Of a stretch of 64,000 nucleotides of DNA, positions 10,962-18,870 are shown piece by piece. Source of the DNA: Candidatus Ozemobacteraceae bacterium. GTDB taxonomy: Bacteria; Muiribacteriota; Ozemobacteria; Ozemobacterales; Ozemobacteraceae. Numbering within the stretch: position 1 is the first letter of the stretch; every line of letters begins with the position of its first letter. The stretch lies in contig OZ223236.1 of NCBI GenBank assembly GCA_965140445.1, positions 1,152,001 through 1,216,000 of the forward strand, read 5' to 3'. Made by a program: the position numbers and the translations under genes. Under the pieces are notes generated by a model. That model saw nothing but the letters and a program-made list of their open reading frames with translations, ran no database searches and was not told the origin of the DNA.

Positions 10962-11984
10962 ATGACCCAAAACTCATTATATTCACTCAAATTTGATGAT
11001 TTTAAGCAGATCGTTGGTGATCTGGGAATGCCTGCTTTTAGAGCAAAACAGGTCTGGGAGTGGGTTTTTCAGAAATTTGTTTTTAATTTTGATGAGATGA
11101 CAAATCTTTCAAAAAAAGACATAGAAAAACTCAAAGAAAGTTTCCCCACTATTCTTCCACCCGTAGAAAAAGTTTTAAAAGATTCCGATGGAACGATGAA
11201 AGCTCTTTTAAAATTGGAAGATGGTGAGCTCATTGAAGCTGTAGCGCTGCCTGAAGGAAAAAATATGACATTTTGCTTGTCATCTCAGGTTGGCTGTTCT
11301 GTAAAATGTGTCTTTTGTCGTACCGGAAAACATGGCTTGGTTAGGAATTTGACTGCAGAAGAAATTATTTTGCAGGTTCTGGTTTTAATAAGAAAAACTG
11401 GGCAAAAACCTACAAATATTGTTTTTATGGGAATGGGAGAACCATTTCATAATACTAGAGAAGTTTTTAAAAGTATTGATTTCCTTACCGACCAGAAAGG
11501 TTTAGGAATGGCAACCAGACGAATTACTATTTCTACATCTGGAGTTATTGAAGGCATTGAAGCATTAACTAACCGTCCGGGTGAAGTTAATCTCGCAGTA
11601 TCCTTGCATGCAGTAGATGATGTAACAAGGGCTCGTTTGGTTCCATCAAGTAAAAACTTTTCAACCAGAAAACTGCGTGAAGCGATTTCAAGCTACATTT
11701 CTTTGTCAGGAAGGCGTGTAACTTTTGAAATGGTTTTGTTAAAGAATTTAAACGACCAACTGTCGGATGCTCATAATCTTGTGAGCTTTTGCGAAGGGCT
11801 TAACTGTCATATAAACATTGTGAGATTCAACAAATTTCCAGGTTGTAAATTTGAGCCAGCGCCTTTGGCAATGGAAAAGGAATTTAGAAAGCTCCTAAAA
11901 AATGCTGGTATTCCAGTAACGGTAAGAAAATCTAAGGGTAGCGAGATTCTCGCAGCCTGTGGACAACTCTCAGGGAAAGACTGA
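10962..11984 (+). CDS. rlmN: 23S rRNA (A2503-C2)/tRNA methyltransferase RlmN
   Basis: SSQVGCSVKCVFC radical SAM motif, MGMGEP, LAVSLHA, C-terminal AACGQL. Confidence 0.96.
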   Translation: MTQNSLYSLKFDDFKQIVGDLGMPAFRAKQVWEWVFQKFVFNFDEMTNLSKKDIEKLKESFPTILPPVEKVLKDSDGTMKALLKLEDGELIEAVALPEGKNMTFCLSSQVGCSVKCVFCRTGKHGLVRNLTAEEIILQVLVLIRKTGQKPTNIVFMGMGEPFHNTREVFKSIDFLTDQKGLGMATRRITISTSGVIEGIEALTNRPGEVNLAVSLHAVDDVTRARLVPSSKNFSTRKLREAISSYISLSGRRVTFEMVLLKNLNDQLSDAHNLVSFCEGLNCHINIVRFNKFPGCKFEPAPLAMEKEFRKLLKNAGIPVTVRKSKGSEILAACGQLSGKD

Positions 11985-13147
11985 TGGCTAAAAAAAGAAG
12001 TGAATCGTGTGTCTCTATACTTTTTAAAATGACACTTTTGATAACAGTGCTGCTTGCAGTAATTGTTGGCGGAGTATTTTTCGCCTATCAAAAGTTAAAT
12101 GAATTTTTTAATCGCGGTGGAACTATCGAAGTGCCAGATTTCCGTGGCAAGCATATTGTTGAAGTTATGAAAAACAAGCCGAAAGGTCTTGAAATAGTTA
12201 GACGCGATGAAAAATTTGATGAAAGGTATGCACGTGATCACGTTCTTGCCCAATACCCGGAACCTGGTACGGTTGTAAGGCCGGGTAAAAAAGTGCAATT
12301 ATCTATTTCACTTGGGTTGCAGAAGGTTAGAGTGCCAAAGCTCACTGAAAATAACCTTAGAGAAGTTGACCTTGCTTTACTAAACGCACAATTGATTTCT
12401 GGAAACAGGGCTTATGTTTACTCAGACGACGTCGCTCATGACAGAGTTATAAACCAGTCGCCTCTCCCTGATGCAGAATTTGGTGTAAACAAAAAAGTAG
12501 ATTTGCTTATCAGTCTGGGAAAGAAAACCTCATCTTATCCTTTACCTGATTTAACAGGGTCTAATCTTGATGATGCGAGAAAAAAAGTTAAATCATGGGG
12601 CTTCAACGTTGGTCGCGTGTATTCAAAAAAAGATCCTGGAAAACCAAAGTTTCAGGTTATTTCAACCCAACCTTCTCCATATAGCAGTGTCAGAAAGGGC
12701 GATGTAATCAGCATTTTGATTTCAGCTGGAGACGATGATGGAACAGCGAGCTGGAAGGATTTACGGAAATTCGAAATATTCTCTGGGGCAGAGTCAAATA
12801 GTGTGGAAGAAATTTCAGCTCCGATCAAAAAGTCGAGTTCTGCAGTTGCACCACCAAGAATATTGATTGCTGATGATTCAAACGGTCAAAGAGTAATAAA
12901 TAATCCCATAAATCCTCCGGTAAATAATTCTGTTTCTGAAAAACAGTTAAGCTTTGTAATGCCTGATGGATTCATGCCTAAGGAAGTAAAGTTTATTCAT
13001 ATTTCCAGTCAGGGAAGAAATCAAATTTACTCCGGAACACATAAACCTTTAGATCTTGTTAAGGTAAACGTACCTAATGTGCCGAATAGTAAAGTACAGA
13101 TATATATTAACGACGTTCCAATAGAAGAAAGAAAGATTGAGCCATAG
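11984..13147 (+). CDS. Membrane-anchored PASTA-domain protein (3 PASTA repeats)
   Basis: N-terminal TM; repeats starting VPDFRG, VPKLTE, LPDLTG and ending in Q.P.P....V.L.IS.G. Confidence 0.88.
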   Translation: MAKKRSESCVSILFKMTLLITVLLAVIVGGVFFAYQKLNEFFNRGGTIEVPDFRGKHIVEVMKNKPKGLEIVRRDEKFDERYARDHVLAQYPEPGTVVRPGKKVQLSISLGLQKVRVPKLTENNLREVDLALLNAQLISGNRAYVYSDDVAHDRVINQSPLPDAEFGVNKKVDLLISLGKKTSSYPLPDLTGSNLDDARKKVKSWGFNVGRVYSKKDPGKPKFQVISTQPSPYSSVRKGDVISILISAGDDDGTASWKDLRKFEIFSGAESNSVEEISAPIKKSSSAVAPPRILIADDSNGQRVINNPINPPVNNSVSEKQLSFVMPDGFMPKEVKFIHISSQGRNQIYSGTHKPLDLVKVNVPNVPNSKVQIYINDVPIEERKIEP

Positions 13148-13173
13148 GCTTAAACCTTTCAACGGAGGCAGAA

Positions 13174-14367
13174 ATGATCGGTGAAATACTAAATGAAAAA
13201 TATAGACTTGAGAATGCATTGTCAGAAAGCCATGTATATGAAGTCTATGAAGCTCTTGAAATTTCTACAGGCGTAACTGTTGTAGTTAAGCTATTGAAGG
13301 AATACATGGCAGCAAACCCTGAAAGGGTAAAAACCTTTAGTCAGGAAATTCAAAACTTTGCCGGCTTATCCCATCCATCTATTGCTGAAATTCTAGATAT
13401 TGACCTATATGAAGATCGCCCATATGTAGTTACTGAAAAAGTAGAGGGAGAAGATCTCCACTATTGGATTAAAAATAATCCGCTTCCTTTTGTTGATTGC
13501 GTGCATCTGGTTCAGGAATTGGCTGGTATTTTGCAATATGCTTTTGATTCAGGTGTGGACCATAGAAATATAAAACTTTCAAATGTTCTTAGAACAGATA
13601 AGGGAAAAGTAACTGTGCTTTCCTTTACTCATCCAAGATTGAAATTAGCTGGAAAACTTTCTTCTACTTCAAAGAGTGGAGTTCAGTCAGACTTATTCTT
13701 CCTGGGTTCTACTTTATTTGAACTTCTTACCGGTGAGTCTGTAATTAGACGAAGAGGTGGAGTTAATGAACTTTGGGAAATGAAGTTAGCTAAACAGCTG
13801 AGAATTAAGCACGCGAACCTTGAACCTTCACAGATTGAGCGAGTTACTGATTTTGTTAAGAGAACACTAACCAGAGATTTTGTAAATAGATTTAATGACC
13901 ACGAAGAATTTTTAAAAGCTCTTGCTGATCTTGCTGGAATGGAACGTAAAAACAGGATCAAAGAAAGAACTAAACAAATGTCTATGGCTTCTCAAGTTGT
14001 GGACGCTATTAATGGAAGAATGTCAAATGTGCTTCCAGTTGTTACGAGCAGCTCCAGAAAAATGGAAAGTGTAGCTTCTCCAATGGCAAGTTCTGAAACA
14101 GTGGCTCAAGAAAACAATGAAACTACTGGAGTTTGCGAAACAAATGGTAATCTTGCGCTAAAAGTGATTGCCGAGAATAAAGATGTAGGATTTTCAGAAG
14201 ATAGTAAAAAGCCTGCTCTCAAGCTTTTAAAGTCAACAAAGCCAGCGGCTGCCAATCGTGTGTCTTCTGATATGTGGGAAAATGAAAGTGCTCATTGGCT
14301 TAGAAACCCTGTAATATTCATGGGAAGCTGTTTGATACTGATGGTTTTCCTGATTATTTTCTGGTAA
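13174..14367 (+). CDS. Hanks-type Ser/Thr kinase-like protein, probably a pseudokinase, with C-terminal TM anchor
   Basis: YRL, VVKLL, L.HP.IAEILD, PYVVTE, HRNIKLSNV, SDLFFLGSTLFELLTG; no Gly-rich loop and no DFG. Confidence 0.85.
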   Translation: MIGEILNEKYRLENALSESHVYEVYEALEISTGVTVVVKLLKEYMAANPERVKTFSQEIQNFAGLSHPSIAEILDIDLYEDRPYVVTEKVEGEDLHYWIKNNPLPFVDCVHLVQELAGILQYAFDSGVDHRNIKLSNVLRTDKGKVTVLSFTHPRLKLAGKLSSTSKSGVQSDLFFLGSTLFELLTGESVIRRRGGVNELWEMKLAKQLRIKHANLEPSQIERVTDFVKRTLTRDFVNRFNDHEEFLKALADLAGMERKNRIKERTKQMSMASQVVDAINGRMSNVLPVVTSSSRKMESVASPMASSETVAQENNETTGVCETNGNLALKVIAENKDVGFSEDSKKPALKLLKSTKPAAANRVSSDMWENESAHWLRNPVIFMGSCLILMVFLIIFW

Positions 14368-14377
14368 ATTATAAAGC

Positions 14378-15040
14378 ATGGAAAAAAATAGAACTTTAAT
14401 TGCTCCGTCGATTCTTTCGGCGGATTTTGCTTTTCTGGCAGAAGGCCTCAATTTGCTCAAAAATTCAGGAGCAGATTGGGTTCATATCGATGTAATGGAT
14501 GGGCATTTTGTTCCAAATTTAACCTTTGGCCCTCCAGTTATTAAGGCTTTAAGAAAGCATTGTGATTTGCCCTTTGATGTTCACCTCATGATTGAAGAAC
14601 CTGAAAGATGGATTGAGGCTTATAAAGAAGCGGGGGCTGACAGGCTTACTTTTCATCTTGAAGCTTGCAACCATTCACATAGATATTTAAGTCTCGTGAA
14701 AGAGCATGGTATGGCCTCTGGGATAACTTTAAATCCACAAACTCCAGTTGAAGGATTGGAAAATATTCTCGATGTATGTGATCAGGTTTTGATTATGAGT
14801 GTTAATCCTGGCTTTGGTGGACAAAAGTTTATCGAATCTTCCATAGCTAAAATTAAAAAATTGAAAGAAATTATTGAGAAAAATTCTTTTAAAACACTGA
14901 TTCAAGTTGATGGTGGTGTCAGTTTGAAAAATGCGCAAAGAATTGTAGAAGCAGGTGCCGATATATTAGTAATGGGCTCTGCATTCTTTTCAGCTAATGA
15001 CAAAACAGCATTGGTCAAGGAAGTTCAGAGCCTCAAATAA
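14378..15040 (+). CDS. rpe: Ribulose-phosphate 3-epimerase
   Basis: IAPSILSADF, HIDVMDGHFVPNLTFG, DVHLM, MSVNPGFGGQKF, VDGGV. Confidence 0.98.
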   Translation: MEKNRTLIAPSILSADFAFLAEGLNLLKNSGADWVHIDVMDGHFVPNLTFGPPVIKALRKHCDLPFDVHLMIEEPERWIEAYKEAGADRLTFHLEACNHSHRYLSLVKEHGMASGITLNPQTPVEGLENILDVCDQVLIMSVNPGFGGQKFIESSIAKIKKLKEIIEKNSFKTLIQVDGGVSLKNAQRIVEAGADILVMGSAFFSANDKTALVKEVQSLK

Positions 15041-15063
15041 ATATAGAATTATGAGGCAAACAC

Positions 15064-16407
15064 ATGCTAGAAGGTCCAAGAGGCTTTTCAGGTCTTCTCT
15101 TACAGCTGGAAGCTGAGAGTCAACACAACCCAAATGATATCGAATTAATGCAACGACTTGGGCGGCTCTATTTCAGAAACAACTCGATTGAAGAGGCCAC
15201 AAGAGTTTTCCGTCAGATACTTCAGCTGGACGAAAACAATCTAAGTGCGCTAGTTGAGCTTTCTCTTTGCTTAAGCAAATCAGGAAACTTCGATGAGGCT
15301 GAGTTTAATCTTGAAAGAGCTCAAGAGATTCGACCCGGCTTTCACACGCTTTACCTTGCTTTTTCCAGGCTTAATGAAGCAAAAGGAAATGCTGAACTTC
15401 AGGTGTCTTATATGATGAGAGCTGCGAATGCTGCTCCTGATAAACTTGAGATTAGATTAGCATTGGCCGATTTATTGAAAAAGTATGGAGATCTTAGTGG
15501 AGCTATTTTCCAATACAAATTGATTTTGGAAAAGAATCCAAACTTTGAAGCTGCGCTTTTTGCGTTGGGTACGATTTACATGAAAAAGAATGAGCTTTCT
15601 GAAGCGGTAAAACTTTTTCAAAAAGTTATCAGCTATAATCCAGGAGCCTTTGACGCTCATTTTAATCTTGGGAGTTGCTTTTTTAGACAAAAAAAATACA
15701 GCTATGCTTTAAAAAATCTTCATTTTGCAGTTAGATCTCCTGACTTGCAGAGAAAATCTCTATATTTAATTTCCCAAAGCTATACAAAGCTTGGCGACTT
15801 TGATCGAGCAATTGTAACCATGGAAAAACTTGCTGAAAGCGATGAAACAAATATTTCCTATCAAAAGTGTTTGGCTGAATTGTATGAAATGACTGAAGAA
15901 TTTGATTTGGCAAAGGATTGCTATAGAAGGCTTGCTTCTAACTTTCCGGAACGCCCGGAGTTCTTGGTAAAACACGCTATGATGCTGATCAAGCTAAAGG
16001 ACTTTTCATCTGCAGAGAAAGCTTTGGACACTCTTTTCAGGTTTCATCCCGGACACATTGATGGCCATAGGATTCTTGGCGAGATGTACCGATCCACAGG
16101 AAAATATAAGCTTGCAATAGAGGAATTTAAGCGAACTTTATTAATTAATGAAAATTTTATTCCTGGAATTCTTGGAATGGCAGAAGTTTATAAAGAAATA
16201 GAAGATCAGGAAAAGGAATACGAAATGCTACAACTCGCTACCGAAAAAGGTACAGAGACTGCTAACCTGGTATTCCGTCTAGGAGAACTTGAGCGGAATT
16301 TAAAAATGCCCACATCTATAGATCGATTTAAGCGAGTGAGAGAGCTAGCACCAGAAACGGTGTTTGCTCGAGAGGCAGAGTATTATTTACGCCATCAGGC
16401 TGCATAA
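15064..16407 (+). CDS. Tetratricopeptide repeat protein
   Basis: Serial 34-aa TPR-like units over the whole length (e.g. ALFALGTIY, AHFNLGSCF). Confidence 0.85.
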   Translation: MLEGPRGFSGLLLQLEAESQHNPNDIELMQRLGRLYFRNNSIEEATRVFRQILQLDENNLSALVELSLCLSKSGNFDEAEFNLERAQEIRPGFHTLYLAFSRLNEAKGNAELQVSYMMRAANAAPDKLEIRLALADLLKKYGDLSGAIFQYKLILEKNPNFEAALFALGTIYMKKNELSEAVKLFQKVISYNPGAFDAHFNLGSCFFRQKKYSYALKNLHFAVRSPDLQRKSLYLISQSYTKLGDFDRAIVTMEKLAESDETNISYQKCLAELYEMTEEFDLAKDCYRRLASNFPERPEFLVKHAMMLIKLKDFSSAEKALDTLFRFHPGHIDGHRILGEMYRSTGKYKLAIEEFKRTLLINENFIPGILGMAEVYKEIEDQEKEYEMLQLATEKGTETANLVFRLGELERNLKMPTSIDRFKRVRELAPETVFAREAEYYLRHQAA

Positions 16408-16436
16408 AAAAAATCCCCAGTTGGGGATTTTTTTTT
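16406..16436. terminator. Bidirectional intrinsic terminator
   Basis: A-tract-TCCCCA-GT-TGGGGA-T-tract between convergent genes. Confidence 0.8.
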
Positions 16437-17157
16437 ATGCCAAAATGTGAGTCGCAATATTTCCTGCTATTGAAAGGGCAAAAAGTAAATAAAACGCGGC
16501 TTTTCTAGTTTCAGGAAAAATATTTAAGAAGGTCGGCAGAATAATTATAAAAGCATATTCACTTCTAGTAACGTAAGATAAGCTTGCATATAGTAAAAAT
16601 GTTAATCCGAACCAGGCTCCCCAATTTTTAAAATGATCCTTGAATGTACTTAACGCGGAACAGACAAATCCTAATGCCAGGCCTGACAAAATCATTTTTA
16701 AAGCCAGGTGGCCGGTAAAAAGTTTAAATAACAGAAAAATAGGGATTGGCCATAAGTAGGGGAGGGGAGAAGTTACTTCTTGTCTTATGAAGATTACTGA
16801 AGCTACAAACCATATTACTGACATACTCGCAAAAGGTATGAAGTCCGGGGTAAAACCGAACTTATGAAATGAGCTGGCCAATATGGCTGCAATAGTTGCT
16901 TCGACCACAGGATATTGCCATGAAATCTGGCATTTGCAATATCTGCATTTTCCTCTTAAATAAACCCAACTTAAAACCGGTATTAAATCAAAGGCTGAGA
17001 GCTGATGATTGCACTTAGGGCAAGAAGATGGTGGAAATACAACCGAGGTTTTGCTTGCCATTCTGAGGATAACAACATTGCTGAAACTGCCAAGGAGACT
17101 TCCAAAAATTCCAAAAACTATTGTAAAAACGGTAAGTTGAATTTCGTTATAAACCAT
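16435..17157 (-). CDS. pilD: Prepilin peptidase A24-like protein, catalytic aspartates apparently absent
   Basis: GSFSNVVILR, SCPKC, DLIPVLSWVYLRGKCRYC, ISWQYPVVE N-terminal domain; downstream of pilin. Confidence 0.75.
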   Translation of the reverse strand: MVYNEIQLTVFTIVFGIFGSLLGSFSNVVILRMASKTSVVFPPSSCPKCNHQLSAFDLIPVLSWVYLRGKCRYCKCQISWQYPVVEATIAAILASSFHKFGFTPDFIPFASMSVIWFVASVIFIRQEVTSPLPYLWPIPIFLLFKLFTGHLALKMILSGLALGFVCSALSTFKDHFKNWGAWFGLTFLLYASLSYVTRSEYAFIIILPTFLNIFPETRKAAFYLLFALSIAGNIATHILA

Positions 17158-17216
17158 ATTTGCTGCTTTTTATATTATTTTGTGACTAGAAGAATAGTCT
17201 AATTTCGATTAAAAGG

Positions 17217-17246
17217 CAAAAAAAAAGAGCGACAAAAGTCGCTCTT
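17217..17246 (-). terminator. Intrinsic terminator after pilin gene
   Basis: Minus strand AAGAGCGAC-TTTT-GTCGCTCTT followed by a T-run. Confidence 0.8.
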
Positions 17247-17263
17247 CATTTTCAGTTCGAAAA

Positions 17264-17626
17264 TTAATTTTCTTCTACTGAACCGTGAACTTCTGAACAA
17301 ACGATTTTTCCTACTCCAGAGATGTCGCCATCAATTTTGTAAGAACATTTTGTTTCTGGTTTAGCGATTGGACCTTTAAGGTAACCACCAGAAACAAGCA
17401 CGCTTGATGCGTCAGTTGGATCGCCCATGTCAGTAGTGATCATGTCTGAGTGATCCATGTTGTACATTTCAACAGCACCAAGAATAACGCGCATGTTTGC
17501 ATAGCACGCTTTTTCGCGAGCCTGTTCACGAGCTTTACGGAAGTTTGGGATAGCGATAGCCGCTAGAATCCCGATAATAGCAATAACGATCATAAGTTCG
17601 ATAAGAGTAAAGCCTCTGCGTTTCAT
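17264..17626 (-). CDS. pilA: Type IV pilin (probable major pilin), 120 aa
   Basis: [27 protein letters not shown] class III signal; start moved to ATG 17626 behind AAGGAGG; own promoter and terminator. Confidence 0.85.
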   Translation of the reverse strand: MKRRGFTLIELMIVIAIIGILAAIAIPNFRKAREQAREKACYANMRVILGAVEMYNMDHSDMITTDMGDPTDASSVLVSGGYLKGPIAKPETKCSYKIDGDISGVGKIVCSEVHGSVEEN

Positions 17627-17678
17627 ATTACATTTTCCTCCTTTCTCAAAAAATAGTACTCGACCTTCGGTCAACTAA

Positions 17679-17707
17679 AGCGTACCCAAATATGACACTT
17701 CTGTCAA
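17679..17707 (-). promoter_or_regulatory. Sigma70 promoter of the pilin gene
   Basis: TTGACA-N17-TACGCT with TG one base upstream of the -10. Confidence 0.6.
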
Positions 17708-17718
17708 GTGCCCCTGAA

Positions 17719-18780
17719 TTAGGCGCTCTTCAGCATACGTTCTAGTTCTTTAGGATGCATTGTGTGTGACATTGCTTCCTCTAAAGTAATATCGCCACGA
17801 AGATACAAATCTCTTAGCGACATTTCAAAAGTTAACATTCCTTCTTCATGGCTGGTCTGCATAACTGTGTACAAACCAGAAACTTTTTGCTCACGAATAC
17901 AGTTTGCTACAGCGGGGTTTCCAATCAGGATTTCATTACAAACGCATCTTCCTTTGCCACTGGCAAGTGGAATCAATTGTTGTGCAACAACGGCCCTGAG
18001 AACAAATGAAAGCTGTGATCTAATTTGTCCCTGTTGATGAGGTGGGAACATATCGATAATACGGTTAATAGTTTGGGCAGCATCTGTAGTATGTAGAGTT
18101 CCGAAAACAAGATGGCCTGTTTCTGCCATTGTACAGGCGGTTCCAACCGTTTCAAGGTCACGCATTTCGCCCACCAGAATAACATCTGGATCTTCACGAA
18201 GAACCCTTCTTAGCGCTTCGCCAAATGATTTTGTGTCGATGTGAAGTTCGCGCTGATTAACGATTGATCTTTTATGGTAATGAAGATATTCAATCGGATC
18301 TTCAATTGTTACGATATGGCATCTTCTGCTTTCATTGATAATATTTACAAGGCATGCAAGAGATGTGGATTTTCCTGAACCAGTAGGGCCGGTAAATAAT
18401 ACCAGGCCTTTTCTGAGGCGAGTAAATTCTCGTAATTTTTCAGGGAGTCGAAGTTCTTCAAGAGTTGGAATTTTTGTTGGAATTACACGGAACGCAGCGC
18501 CAATACATCCTCTTTGCTTGTAAACGTTTACGCGAAAACGTCCAAAGCCGTGAACTGAATATGATAAATCCAGCTCAAGGGTTTCTTCAAATTCTTTTTG
18601 TTGCTCAGCGGTGAGCATATTATAAATCAAGGATCTGGTATCCATTGGAGTTAAAACATCCAGATCTGTAGCAATTAATTCACCATCAACGCGGATAACC
18701 GGGGGGGTTCCAACGGTTATGTGGAGATCGGAAGCTCCATTTTCAATTACCAGATTAAGTAGGTCGTTAAGGACAAACAT
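17719..18780 (-). CDS. pilT: Type IV pilus retraction ATPase PilT
   Basis: ASDLH, GRFRVN, GPTGSGKSTSL, TIEDPIE, LREDPDVILVGEMRD, AETGHLVFGTLH, AVANCIRE (AIRNLIRE-like). Confidence 0.95.
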   Translation of the reverse strand: MFVLNDLLNLVIENGASDLHITVGTPPVIRVDGELIATDLDVLTPMDTRSLIYNMLTAEQQKEFEETLELDLSYSVHGFGRFRVNVYKQRGCIGAAFRVIPTKIPTLEELRLPEKLREFTRLRKGLVLFTGPTGSGKSTSLACLVNIINESRRCHIVTIEDPIEYLHYHKRSIVNQRELHIDTKSFGEALRRVLREDPDVILVGEMRDLETVGTACTMAETGHLVFGTLHTTDAAQTINRIIDMFPPHQQGQIRSQLSFVLRAVVAQQLIPLASGKGRCVCNEILIGNPAVANCIREQKVSGLYTVMQTSHEEGMLTFEMSLRDLYLRGDITLEEAMSHTMHPKELERMLKSA

Positions 18781-18822
18781 TACCTGCGCTCCTTAGGGTA
18801 CATTTTTTTTATATCTAATTTT

Positions 18823-18848
18823 AAAACAAGGGGGGATTTCTCCCCCCT
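18823..18848 (-). terminator. Putative intrinsic terminator between pilB and pilT
   Basis: Minus strand AGGGGGGA-GAAA-TCCCCCCT-TGTTTT. Confidence 0.6.
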
Positions 18849-18870
18849 CAAGTTGTTTAACAAGAATTGG

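Noticed and set aside
17627..17674. 16-aa N-terminal extension of the pilin
   Set aside because: Contains the SD AAGGAGG; the class III signal begins at MKRRG
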